A DNA stretch of 64,000 nucleotides from Deltaproteobacteria bacterium (GCA_019310485.1 JAFDEF010000002.1:28124-92123), one strand, 5' to 3'. Counted from the first letter of the stretch, positions 26,079 through 35,931 are shown. Notes: generated by a model not told the origin, from the sequence alone. A program made the numbers and translations.

Positions 26079-26250
26079 ACAGAGAAACTGGCTTTGAACA
26101 AGGATACTCTAAGTAACAGTAAGGCTGCTCGGAGGGTACAGTTTGGGAATCTCCACTGCCAAGTCTATAGAGCAGGGAGGCTCTCACCCCGACCAGAGGT
26201 CAATTGCCAACATTTTCATGAAAGCCTTTTGGGGAACAGGGGGCCCTTTG

Positions 26251-26937
26251 TCATGACGGGCGATTCTTTAGGCTCCTGTAATAGCTGTCGATATTGTAAA
26301 TCGCCGCAAGTGGATTATGCCCAAGCAATCGGTCTTTCACTGCCAGGACCGTACAGGGCGCTTCAGCATATTTCAAGAACAGGGAATCATGCCCCACGCA
26401 TAGCCCCATCACTACATTGAAATCCGTTTTTGAATCATTAAGCACCATCGCCTGCATGATCGGGTTACACATGGATTCAAACTGCCCAATAGCGATCTTT
26501 TGATCATCACGAATTCCGATCTTTTCTTTGGGAGTACGTCCGGCCTTGCAGACAACCGAGACGACCTCAAATCCCCACTTGGAGAAAACCATTTCAACCG
26601 CCTGGGCTTCCTTTCTAAGGCCAATGCAAAATACCAGCCCCAAACGCTTGTAGCCCATTTTTTGAGCAAACTCCATGACCTCAACAATGCGTGGTTTTAT
26701 GGGGCGAACACGGGCATAGCCGAGTTCTTTGTCTCCATAGCCTTGCGCCTCCTGAATGGAGGCCTGTCTTGCAAATTCCTTAATTTCCAGGTGCTCGTAT
26801 TCTTGTAGAGATTTCTCGATAATCTCCTTTTTATAGAGCGTAGGACAAAAAGCCGGTCCTTTCCCATTCTCTTTCCTGCACGCCCTCTCAGAAAGCTTCA
26901 CACTACATTTGGCACAATTAGGCAATTTGTCATTCAT
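26251..26937 (-). CDS. DUF1847-like putative metal-binding protein
   Basis: 228 aa with an N-terminal Cys motif (PNCAKCSVKLSERACRK...GPAFCPT) and GGAAAGGAG RBS. Family assigned from memory of the motif only. Confidence 0.55.
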   Translation of the reverse strand: MNDKLPNCAKCSVKLSERACRKENGKGPAFCPTLYKKEIIEKSLQEYEHLEIKEFARQASIQEAQGYGDKELGYARVRPIKPRIVEVMEFAQKMGYKRLGLVFCIGLRKEAQAVEMVFSKWGFEVVSVVCKAGRTPKEKIGIRDDQKIAIGQFESMCNPIMQAMVLNDSKTDFNVVMGLCVGHDSLFLKYAEAPCTVLAVKDRLLGHNPLAAIYNIDSYYRSLKNRPS

Positions 26938-27203
26938 TCCCGGCGCTCCTTTCCGGGCCAGTGGTCTTCAAACTTCTTCCTGGCCCAAACAGAAGTCTCT
27001 CTACCTCCTTTGTTGACGCTTGTCAACCAGGCTCCCTTTCAAGGTTTGCTAACATGGCCCTAACAGGGGTATGCAAATTCTTTTGCTACTTGGGACGCCC
27101 GAATAACTCGCTTCCAGCACCAGGTCTTCCCATAGGCTTAAGATCTGGAGGTAGTTCTACCTGATCGGCTTGGTAAAAGGCATAATGAGTAGAAGGCCAA
27201 GGA

Positions 27204-27990
27204 TCACCCGGTCAGGCCCAGATTCTTCCTGTCGGCTCTCGTGGCAAGAGAAAGCAACACCCATGAGTCAACCTTTTCCATATTTCGAATGCCGTATCCG
27301 AACCGGTTCAAAAAGGCCTTAAGATGAAGCGCCTGCTCCTTCTTCGCCAGTATCAGAGTGCCGGACTCGCGCGAGTCAAGTTCTCTTGCCAGGCTTTCCT
27401 GTGCAAAAAGGTAGTTTGAGTACGAAGTAGAAGTGGATACGACACGTTCCACCTCGCTCCGCAGATAAAAGCCTAAGCCCCAGAAAGGCATCGAGTCAAC
27501 GAACAGGATCTCAGAAGGCAAAGGTGCCACCTTTGCCGCGATCGCCCGGGCTACAGGGCGGTTGTCCCGACGGTATGGGTACTGGGAAGCCCCCCATTTA
27601 AGCACAACCAAACCTATCAGCCAGGCCGCAAGAAGGCATGTACTGAGCCGCCCGGGGAATCCTTTGCCCACCACCCTTCCTGTTGTTAGGGCCAGAGGTA
27701 CAAAGAGCGGTAGCACATACAGAGGCAATCTCGAACGACTGAGGCAAAATATTCCTAAGGGAACAAACACCCACAGCGCAAGGAAACCGACCCACTGATC
27801 CTGCTTCAGTTTCCTCCGCCACCATACAAGTGAGAACAGCCTCTGGGGCAAAGATTTCGCTGCACGCAGCAATGAAAACGTCCACGGCAAAGTTCCTCCT
27901 ACAAGAGCGGGCCCGTGGGGCTCCACCTTCAGTTATCCAGTGCTGCTCATCAAAAATAACGGGATTCTCATATCTATCCAAAATGGCCCG
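27204..27990 (-). pseudogene. C-terminal part of a GT39/ArnT-PMT-family glycosyltransferase, frameshifted and N-terminally truncated
   Basis: ..FDEQHW... then (frame change near 27926) ..HGPALVGGTLPWTF...LSRSRLPLYVLPLFVPLALTTG. These motifs are typical of the distal half of ArnT-like enzymes. Nothing upstream encodes the first ~250 aa. Confidence 0.55.
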
Positions 27991-28174
27991 ATAAAATCAG
28001 ATTGGGTGGCCGGTTTCAATCGGATTACGCGTATCATAACAAAAAGTCAAATTACTATGCACTAACTGTCAAAAAAACTTCGCGCTTATCAGGATAGGAG
28101 GTTGTGCCTACCTGAATCGTTTTCTGCACTGCAAGGCCTTGGAGGAGTGGGTGGATGCGAATATATATCCGGGT

Positions 28175-29131
28175 CTAGTTGTCTGAGCAAGAGCAAAAAG
28201 AGGATATTTCGGTAATCATGGCCAGTGCCTGCCTATAACCCATATTTATGGTCCTGTTTATCTTCCTTCTATCCCGCGTAATGAACTTAGCCGGAGGAGT
28301 CTTTTCGGGTGCTATGATTAGGGCCCTATGAGGACTTTCTTCTGCCATAGTTTCCATCTGGGCCACTTCTTGTCCGTAAGACTGGGCTGCTTCCCAGAGC
28401 CTGTCCAGCATCCATTCGTGACGATGAAAATATCGCCAAAAAAGAGTCCTTTCCAAGATAGTTGGTGGTCCTCCTTCGCAACCCACGGGTTTTGTCAGGA
28501 CAGCCACAATTTTTTCCTCGGCCTGCGATTTAGCAAGAAGCTTGCGGGCAGTGGATTTACTGTACCTCCATCCACAAAGTGATCTTTTCCAATCTGGACG
28601 GTGCCAGGATAGCATCCCGGAACTGCGGGACATGCCCAAAATATCTCATAGATGTCACCGCTAGGCACCTTCGTTGCTGCGAAATGGAATAGGGTATCGA
28701 CCTTCCGGAGTCGTTCTATATCAAGGGGATACTTTTTTGAAAACATCATAGATAAGATAATCAATGTTAAGTACCGGCCTCTTTGGAGAAAATGCTAGAG
28801 AGGCAGCAGGGATATTCCTATAACAGACAAGCTTGGGGGTGCATAGTTCGTTATGCCACACTGCCTCCATTTCCTTGCGCTGGCCCGTCAGGAAGTAAGC
28901 AAGCGTGGGCACGCTGGCAGATACGGCCAAGGTCTCACCGAAATGAGTTATATTATTATCCAGTAATGCCATGAGTACCCCAGCCACAAATCCTGCTCTC
29001 ATTCCTCCCCCTTCCAGTATTAGGGGCACCTTCCCGTCTTTTTCCACTTCCACCCCCATGTGTGAGGCAAATTGTATAATCCAATTGTACACAAATAGGG
29101 GGATAGGTTCATCACTTTTTGAATTTGACAA
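28175..29131 (-). pseudogene. patatin-like phospholipase, broken into three reading frames
   Basis: The pieces 28721-29131 (EGGGMRAGFVAG; degenerate lipase motif AVSASV instead of G-x-S-x-G), 28495-28764 (VDGG Asp motif) and 28175-28639 read as one protein only with at least two frameshifts. Confidence 0.7.
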
Positions 29132-29559
29132 GTATCAGCTCAATAAAAAGGGGGAGGAGGGTTTTTCTGAAGCGACTGTCGGGAGAGTGCCGTCTTTTCT
29201 TCGCTCGACTCAGACCCCACCCTTTAGGCGAATGCCTGGTTTTGTGACTTATCAGCGGGGAAACCGCTCTTTTTTTACCCAAATTACTCCAGGCGTACCC
29301 AAGTTAGCCTAAGGCGCCACCCCCTTCATCCTCCTGGGCCATAACTAAAACGAAGAGCTGATATGACATAGAAAAGCAATCATCCTATGGGTGGATGATT
29401 GGTTTTTTAGCAATCCATACCTTTCTTCTGAAGGATAAATCAAACTAGCCTCACCATCTAATAAGTGCAAAACGGAATTGAAACAAGGCGTCTGATAGCT
29501 TAAGAATGACCCTTTTGTATCGCAAATTTTGTGGGGTAGAATCTGTTTGCCCCACAACG

Positions 29560-29931
29560 CAGGATTTCAATCCCGTAATCTGTTACTAAGGTGGGTATAC
29601 CGCCTCTCAGTCTTATTGTTCTTGACTTCAATTGTAAGGGCTTTTTTGTCCCGAGCACCACCACAAGCCTTCTTGCCGTTGTCTCAGCCGTGTAAATGAG
29701 GTTAACCTGCGGGAGTGCGTAGTGCTGGGTCAAAACAGCAATTACGACAGCCTGGTACTCAGAGCCCTGTGACTTGTGTACCGAAACAGCATGGGCCAAG
29801 GTCAACTCGTCCTGGTCCGCAAAGTCGTAATCCACCTCACGCTCATCGAAAGAGGTAGTTATCACCTGGTTTTCCACATCAATTGCTCTTATTTTCCCAA
29901 CGTCGCCGTTGAGATTGTAAATGCCAACCAA
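29560..29931 (-). pseudogene. C-terminal fragment of an SF1 RecD-like helicase
   Basis: ..NGDVGKI...LTLAHAVSVHKSQGSEYQAVVIAV...NLIYTAETTARRLVVVLG matches only the last ~125 aa of RecD2-type helicases. The N-terminal ~600 aa are absent. Confidence 0.6.
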
Positions 29932-29947
29932 TCTTGGATTTGGGGGT

Positions 29948-30261
29948 TGGACGAAGATTTTTGGTGACCCGGTGATAACAGCCGTATTGCTGGATAGGTT
30001 AACTCATAGAGCTTACTTCATCAACTGCAGGTGGAAAAGTTACCGGTTAAAACAAAGCCTGAGAAAACGATCAATGTGAATAACCCTGTGGAAAATGGAA
30101 AGCTATTCCAACAGGGTCATTAATTAGGGCCTTTGTCAGGTGAAACTTCGTTCGCCTTACGGCCTACCTCCGTTTTACCTGCTGCTTGCGTAACATTGAA
30201 GGTACCTTGGCCATCTACCGGAATTTTAATCAGCCACCAGGGTGGTCAAAATTAGCTTGTC
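29948..30261 (+). mobile_element. IS21-family remnant: last ~43 codons of istB plus the probable right end
   Basis: WTKIFGDPVITAVLLDRLTHRAYFINCRWKSYRLKQSLRKRSM* (29948-30079) fits the IstB C-terminus (DRL.H...i...G.SYR.K). Repeated AATTTTAATCAG / CAAAATTAGC motifs lie before ...CTTGTCA at 30261. No istA and no IstB N-terminus are present. Confidence 0.5.
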
Positions 30262-30500
30262 ATTACCACCCTTACAAACCAAAAGGCAATGTTATTCGCC
30301 AGAGGTGGGAGGTTGGACCGGCTTAATTAAGGCGATCATTGACACGAATCCTCTTGGTTCACCTTTACAGATCTCAAAATGAAAATGGGGAGACGGGAAC
30401 GCCCTAAATCCCTTCAGTAGAAATTTCTTGACAGACGTCCTTTTTAATGATAGTTAGAATCTCAAAACAATATTATTTTGCTCTAACAAAGGATTCAGAC

Positions 30501-31067
30501 ATGCAGACTGACGAAAGTAAAAAGTCGACCCCAAGGGCCTTGACCGCCAGCATGGAGGATTACTTGGAGGCTATTGTGAATCTGGAAAACGAGAAAAAGG
30601 CTGTCAGGGTCAAAGACATTGCCAAAAGGCTCGGGGTGCGTATGCCTACGGTTACGAGCATGCTCAAGACCTTGGGCAAGGCAGGCCTTGTGAATTACGA
30701 GAAGTATGAATATATCCAACTTACAAACAGGGGGAAAAAGGTTGGCAAGGAAATTGACCGAAGACATCATGCGTTGAAGAAGTTTCTTAGAGACATACTT
30801 GGTATTGACCCCGATACCGCCGACGAAGAGGCCTGCAAGATGGAACACGCTGTAAGCGCCTCAACACTGAATAGGTTCGTGGAATTTATGGGTTTCATCG
30901 AGTCTTGCCCCAGGGCAGGCAAGCAGTGGCTTGAATACTTCCAGGAGTATAGACAACACGGCAGGAACAAGGCAACATGCCTTGAATATATGCGCAGCTT
31001 TGAACAACTTTTCAAAAAACAACTTGAAGCTGCAGAAATGGAGACAGAAATAGAAAATGGTGCTTAG
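30501..31067 (+). CDS. DtxR/MntR-family metal-dependent repressor
   Basis: MEDYLEAIVNLENEKKAVRVKDIAKRLGVRMPTVTSMLKTL (wHTH), followed by the metal-site helix region (HHALKKFL...DEEACKMEH). ATG at 30501. Confidence 0.85.
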   Translation: MQTDESKKSTPRALTASMEDYLEAIVNLENEKKAVRVKDIAKRLGVRMPTVTSMLKTLGKAGLVNYEKYEYIQLTNRGKKVGKEIDRRHHALKKFLRDILGIDPDTADEEACKMEHAVSASTLNRFVEFMGFIESCPRAGKQWLEYFQEYRQHGRNKATCLEYMRSFEQLFKKQLEAAEMETEIENGA

Positions 31068-31272
31068 CCAAGCAGAGCCGGGGAAAGAGGTTACTCTGGT
31101 GGATATAATCGGAGGAAGAGGTGTAAAATCCAAGCTGTACAGCATGGGGCTTATACCTGGCACAAAGGTCAAGATTCTCACCCACGCCTCAATGGGTCCT
31201 GTCATGGTGAGGGTAAGAGACTGCAGGTTGGCCTTGGGCCGCGGTATGGCGGAAAAAATAATCGTGGAGTAA
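31057..31272 (+). CDS. feoA: FeoA-family protein
   Basis: 71 aa, SH3-like FeoA pattern (G..v.l..i.GG......L..mGl.pG..v.v). The start overlaps the dtxR end by 11 nt. Confidence 0.8.
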   Translation: MVLSQAEPGKEVTLVDIIGGRGVKSKLYSMGLIPGTKVKILTHASMGPVMVRVRDCRLALGRGMAEKIIVE

Positions 31273-31361
31273 TTTTTTTTGAGGTAAAACTTAGATCTAT
31301 CTAACAATGATGTGTTCTTCTAAATTATGCCGCAAAATATCAAACAAAAGGAGGAAAAACC

Positions 31362-31595
31362 ATGGACTTATCATTACGCGAGATGGACGTGGGCTCCAGG
31401 GGAAGAGTGAAGGGCTACAAGGAAGGTGCAAAACCTTACCTGGATAAAATCCTTGCCATGGGCCTTACCATAGGGGCCGAATTCACGGTAAGTCGGGTAG
31501 CTCCCCTGGGAGACCCGGTAGAGTTGAATGTGCGAGGGTATGACATAACCCTTAGGAAAAATGAGGCTGAAATCTTGATAGTGGAAAGGAGGTAA
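31362..31595 (+). CDS. feoA: FeoA-family protein (second copy)
   Basis: 77 aa, LDKILAMGLTIGAEFTV...GDPVEL. AGGAGG RBS. Immediately upstream of feoB. Confidence 0.8.
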   Translation: MDLSLREMDVGSRGRVKGYKEGAKPYLDKILAMGLTIGAEFTVSRVAPLGDPVELNVRGYDITLRKNEAEILIVERR

Positions 31596-31597
31596 AT

Positions 31598-33931
31598 ATG
31601 GGCATAATAACCATAGGTCTTGGAGGCAATCCCAATTGCGGAAAAACCACACTCTTTAATGCCCTTACCGGTGCAAAGCTCAAGGTGGGAAACTGGCCCG
31701 GGGTCACCGTTGAGAAAAAGGCAGGTAGTTATACTTTTAAAAATCTAGATGTTGAAGTAGTTGATCTGCCGGGTATCTATTCCCTTTCGGCCACGTCAGT
31801 GGATGAAAGGATCGCGAGAGACTATGTGGCATCGGGCGAGCCTGATCTCATAGTCAACATAGTGGATGCCTCCAACATGGAGCGCAACTTATATCTTACT
31901 TTACAGCTTTTGGAGATGAATGTACCGCTCATTATTGCCCTAAATATGATGGATATTGCCCGGGCGCGCGGAATCAAGATTGACATAAAGTCCCTTGAAA
32001 GACTCCTTGGCTGTCCTGTGGTCCCCATGGTGGCAAAGGAGGGCGAGGGTATCGTCCCGCTCAAAGAGGCTATCAAGAAATGGGCAAAGGAGAAGCGGCA
32101 TGCTGATTTTAGGATGGATTACGGTTCCGAAATAAAATCGGCTCTTGAAAGGCTTCTGCCTTTAATTCAGGAGAGTTCAGAAAGGGTTTATATTCACCCC
32201 GAATGGCTCGGCCTGAAACTCCTAGAACAGGATGAGATGGCCCTTGCCTTTGCAGGTGATTCGATCGGCAACACACTAAAAGAGGTCGCCGATACTATAA
32301 AGGTAAAGACGGGTATGGAGCCGGAGGCCTTCGTGGCGATGGCACGCTATAATTATATTGAAAACATCTGCAGCCAGGCAATCAAAAAACGATCAAAGCT
32401 GGGGAAAAACATCTCGGATATCATCGACTCGGTAGTGCTAAACCGCTACCTTGGTATTCCTATCTTTCTCCTCGCAATGTATCTAACCTTTATGTTCACC
32501 ATCAATGTGGGTGGTTGTTTTATAGACTTTTTCGACATGCTCTTTGGGACTGTATGTGTAGATGGGTTCGGCAGGCTACTCTCAGTACTACACTTTCCAC
32601 AATGGCTCATAACCATCCTGGCTGACGGCGTGGGAGGTGGCGTCCAGACCGTCTCAACATTTATTCCTCCCATAGGATTCATGTTCCTGTGCCTTTCAAT
32701 ACTTGAAGATTCAGGCTATATGGCCCGTGCCGCCTTTGTAATGGACCGGTTTATGAGAGCAGTGGGACTTCCAGGAAAGGCCTTCATACCCATGCTGGTA
32801 GGTTTTGGCTGTAATGTCCCGGCAATCATGGCCACAAGGACACTGGAAAACACGAAAGACAGAACCCTAACCATTGCAATGAACCCTTTTATGTCATGCG
32901 GGGCGCGGCTGCCTGTATATGCCCTTTTTGCGGCCGCCTTCTTTCCAAGGGGAGGGAGGAACGTGATCTTCAGTCTTTATCTCATTGGGATAATGGTGGC
33001 GGTCTTAACTGGCCTTTTCCTCAAAAGGACCGTGCTCAAGGGCGAAGTATCGCATTTTATCATGGAGCTTCCGCCCTACCACATGCCTACCATAAGAGGT
33101 GTGCTCATACATACCTATGAGAGGCTCAAGGTCTTCATGTTCCGCGCAGGCAAGGTCATCATTGCGATAGTCATAGTCTTGAGTTTTTTGAACTCTGTCG
33201 GTACAGATGGTACGTTCGGCCACGAAGACAGTGGCTCATCCCTCCTTGCTGCAATCGGCAAGGGTATCACCCCGGTCTTTTATCCCTTGGGCATCCATAA
33301 GGAGAACTGGCCTGCCACTGTAGGGCTTTTTACCGGGGTCTTCGCCAAGGAGGCGGTGGTCGGCACGCTCAATTCCCTTTATAGCGCAGAGGCACAGACT
33401 GGAGAAGAGGAAGAAGGCTTCAACCTGGTTCAGGGAATCAAAGATGCCTTTTCATCCATACCTGAGAACCTTTCAGGGCTTGCCGGATCCCTTGCAGATC
33501 CCCTCGGCATAGGCTCTGCTACAGAGGAGGCACCTGAAGAGATGGGGAAAAGTACATTTGGGGTCATGGGCAAGCGTTTTGATGGAAAGGTAGGGGCCTT
33601 TGCGTATCTTCTCTTTGTGTTGCTCTATATACCGTGCCTTGTGGCAGTTGCCACCATCTACCGCGAGACAAATGCGAGGTGGGCCGTCTTTGAGGTGGTT
33701 TACACAATCTTTGTGGCCTGGGTCGTATCAACCCTTTTCTATCAGATGGCTACCTTTGGCAAGCATCCGGCCGCCTCGCTGGCTTGGGTTATAGGTATAG
33801 GGTTCGCATGTGCTGTACTTTACTATGTGATGAAAAGGGCTGGAAGGAAACTCCTTTTGCTCGCCGCAAAGGGAAGACCCACAATAGGGCCGGCTCATGA
33901 AACCCTGCCTGTTTTTCAAAGGATAAGATAG
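31598..33931 (+). CDS. feoB: ferrous iron transporter FeoB
   Basis: 777 aa with an N-terminal G-domain (GNPNCGKTTLFNALTG, DLPG) and a polytopic membrane domain with gate motifs. Confidence 0.95.
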   Translation: MGIITIGLGGNPNCGKTTLFNALTGAKLKVGNWPGVTVEKKAGSYTFKNLDVEVVDLPGIYSLSATSVDERIARDYVASGEPDLIVNIVDASNMERNLYLTLQLLEMNVPLIIALNMMDIARARGIKIDIKSLERLLGCPVVPMVAKEGEGIVPLKEAIKKWAKEKRHADFRMDYGSEIKSALERLLPLIQESSERVYIHPEWLGLKLLEQDEMALAFAGDSIGNTLKEVADTIKVKTGMEPEAFVAMARYNYIENICSQAIKKRSKLGKNISDIIDSVVLNRYLGIPIFLLAMYLTFMFTINVGGCFIDFFDMLFGTVCVDGFGRLLSVLHFPQWLITILADGVGGGVQTVSTFIPPIGFMFLCLSILEDSGYMARAAFVMDRFMRAVGLPGKAFIPMLVGFGCNVPAIMATRTLENTKDRTLTIAMNPFMSCGARLPVYALFAAAFFPRGGRNVIFSLYLIGIMVAVLTGLFLKRTVLKGEVSHFIMELPPYHMPTIRGVLIHTYERLKVFMFRAGKVIIAIVIVLSFLNSVGTDGTFGHEDSGSSLLAAIGKGITPVFYPLGIHKENWPATVGLFTGVFAKEAVVGTLNSLYSAEAQTGEEEEGFNLVQGIKDAFSSIPENLSGLAGSLADPLGIGSATEEAPEEMGKSTFGVMGKRFDGKVGAFAYLLFVLLYIPCLVAVATIYRETNARWAVFEVVYTIFVAWVVSTLFYQMATFGKHPAASLAWVIGIGFACAVLYYVMKRAGRKLLLLAAKGRPTIGPAHETLPVFQRIR

Positions 33932-33989
33932 ATGAGACCCTCACAGTCATGAATTCTTTCAAATTGATTTATATGAGGTGAGTTGACCC

Positions 33990-34283
33990 ATGAAAGCACC
34001 GGCCAAAGAGGACTTAATCAATGCCATTGATAGGGGTGTGGAGGAATTGCACCCGCACATTGAGATGCATCGTTATCTCATGACGAGTATCTTAAGACAG
34101 AAGGTCGAGGAGAGGGGGCTTAAGACGCTGCCCCTGGCCCTTCGCTCTCCCTATGAGGAGAAGATGAAAGGGGCTATCGAGGAGGCGATAGTTACGCTGG
34201 AAGAAAGCAGAAAGGCCTTCAAATCAAAGAGATTGGAGGCCCTCCGAAAGAGACTGACAAAGGTTTTGATAGAAAGTGCATAA
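33990..34283 (+). CDS. hypothetical helical protein downstream of feoB
   Basis: 97 aa, GAGGTGAG RBS, Lys/Glu-rich helices, no Cys. No family recognised. Confidence 0.45.
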   Translation: MKAPAKEDLINAIDRGVEELHPHIEMHRYLMTSILRQKVEERGLKTLPLALRSPYEEKMKGAIEEAIVTLEESRKAFKSKRLEALRKRLTKVLIESA

Positions 34284-34332
34284 TCAGAAAAGGTAGTCAG
34301 CCTTACGGGTCTTGCTTCGGGCAAGGCAAGTG

Positions 34333-34385
34333 AAGGCGCATCGAAAACGGCTTCAAAGTTGGTTTTCATGCGCCTTTTTATTTTC
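34333..34385 (+). terminator. rho-independent terminator after the feo operon
   Basis: Stem AAGGCGCATCGAAAAC / GTTTTCATGCGCCTT (one bulge) with a 13-nt loop, followed by TTTTTATTTT. Confidence 0.6.
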
Positions 34386-34522
34386 TGTGAAGAAAGGAGG
34401 TGGTGGGAAAGAATGCAAAAGATGCAAATGCAGCGGATTTCGCTATGCCTGCTGTAGAAACCAGCAAGTTCAAGGCGAACCCGGGATTGTTATCCGGATT
34501 ACCAAAAAGGAGGTACGAACAG

Positions 34523-35689
34523 ATGAAAGCATGCATAGCGGCTCTTGTAGCAGTTTTTGTAAGTGGTTTTTTTGGCCCGATGGTGTTCGGGCAGGAGATC
34601 ACCAAGGATGAGATTGCAAAAGAGTTGAAGTCGCTCAAGGCGAGGATCAACAAACTTGAACAGGAAGTCACTCGGAAAGACAAGGAAATTGAAGGGCTCA
34701 AGGCGAAGGTGGAAAAGCCACCGGAGACGGCGTTTGCTGAAGAAGGGCAGGAGAAATGGACCGACAGGATCACATTTTCCGGTGCTATTGAGGTGGAGTA
34801 CGGAAGCGAGAAGCACAAGGTGAAAGAGCCCGGGACGGGGAAATCCACGAGCACCAGGGATGATGACATCACCCTCTCCACCGTGGAACTGCACGCGGAC
34901 GCGCAGATAAACAAGTACACGAAAGGGCATGTGGTGTTTCTGTACGAGGAAGATGAAGACGAGGACCGGGCCCGCATTGATGAAGGTACCATCCGGCTCG
35001 GGGGTATCAAGCAAACCCATAACCTCTACTTCCAGGCCGGGAAATATTATCCCCATTTCGGGGAATTGAACTCGTGGTTCATATCTGATCCCCTAACCTG
35101 CCAGGTCTTTAAGATTCAGGAATCGGCAGCAGAAGTGGGATACGATGCAGAGTGGTTTTCTTTTGCTGCTGGGATGTTTCATGGGGATCTACAGAAGAAA
35201 GGGGAGGATGAGAGCAGGATCAAGGGTTTTTTCGCCGATGCCAATGTCCATAATCAGGAGGATACTCTGGGAGGATTCTCTTTGCTGGCCGGGGTATCCT
35301 ACCTGAACAACGTTGCCGATACGGATACGCTCCAGGACGAGGTGAATCAGATCAGGGACTATGTGGGAGGAGTGGCCCTGTACCTGGTTGCCGAATACAA
35401 CAACTTCAGTTTCGGGGCCGAGTATATCACTGCTATGGACGACTTCCATGCAGGGGAAATGAGGTATGCCGTTGACCGGAACGGCAACCCAGCAGAAACA
35501 AAACCTGTGGCCTGGAATGTTGAACTGGCGTACAGGCCCATGGATCGTCTCCAGCTTCCCGTGAAATACGAAGGGACCAAGGACATATTCGGGCTGTTTC
35601 CTGAGAGACAATATGGTGTTGTGGTCAGCTATGATCTGTTCGAGTCCACCACCATTTCTGCAGAATACCTGCACGGGGAATATGAATGA
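34523..35689 (+). CDS. putative outer-membrane porin with an N-terminal coiled coil (siderophore/iron-associated porin-like); the 3' end appears frameshifted
   Basis: ATG at 34523 after AAGGAGG. Signal peptide MKACIAALVAVFVSGFFGPMVFG, a coiled coil (KELKSLKARINKLEQEVTRKDKEIEGLKAKVEK), then alternating beta-strand-like sequence. The expected terminal strand ..TLQLAVEF* is in the +1 frame at 35691-35765. Confidence 0.55.
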   Translation: MKACIAALVAVFVSGFFGPMVFGQEITKDEIAKELKSLKARINKLEQEVTRKDKEIEGLKAKVEKPPETAFAEEGQEKWTDRITFSGAIEVEYGSEKHKVKEPGTGKSTSTRDDDITLSTVELHADAQINKYTKGHVVFLYEEDEDEDRARIDEGTIRLGGIKQTHNLYFQAGKYYPHFGELNSWFISDPLTCQVFKIQESAAEVGYDAEWFSFAAGMFHGDLQKKGEDESRIKGFFADANVHNQEDTLGGFSLLAGVSYLNNVADTDTLQDEVNQIRDYVGGVALYLVAEYNNFSFGAEYITAMDDFHAGEMRYAVDRNGNPAETKPVAWNVELAYRPMDRLQLPVKYEGTKDIFGLFPERQYGVVVSYDLFESTTISAEYLHGEYE

Positions 35690-35931
35690 CAATAACCAGA
35701 ACGGAGATGGCAATGTAGAAGACTCAAAAGATGCGGTCACCCTGCAACTGGCCGTGGAATTCTGATTGGGATTTTTCTCAATGATGATACCCCGCTTCCT
35801 CTGCAGGAGGCGGGGGTCTCCCTACCCGCACCAACCCCTATCTCTTTTCCATTTTTGGAGCACTACTCTGCCTGAGTGGAGAGTACAATCTTTCCTTGAT
35901 GCTGGATAGTTCTAAGAACCCATAAGCAATC

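Noticed and set aside
27990-28175. Short plus-strand reading ..LHCKALEEWVDANIYPGLVV* after an AGGAGG-like site.
   Set aside because: No usable start codon is in frame (GTG is followed by a stop after 3 codons), and no recognisable homology was seen.
29450-29486. Sequence ending ...GTGCAAAACGGAATTGAAAC, which resembles the 3' end of a CRISPR repeat (ATTGAAAC).
   Set aside because: Only a single occurrence. I found no second copy at repeat-spacer distance, no array and no cas genes in the window. It cannot be told apart from chance.
30428-30460. Possible sigma70 promoter TTGACA...TAGTTA/TAGAAT upstream of dtxR.
   Set aside because: The spacer is 17 nt to a poor -10 (TAGTTA) or 21 nt to TAGAAT. 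It is too ambiguous to list as a feature and is mentioned only as a lead.
34378-35056. 210-aa and 185-aa minus-strand ORFs inside the porin gene.
   Set aside because: They are antisense to a gene with a signal peptide, RBS and beta-barrel-like sequence. They have Ser/low-complexity composition and no RBS.
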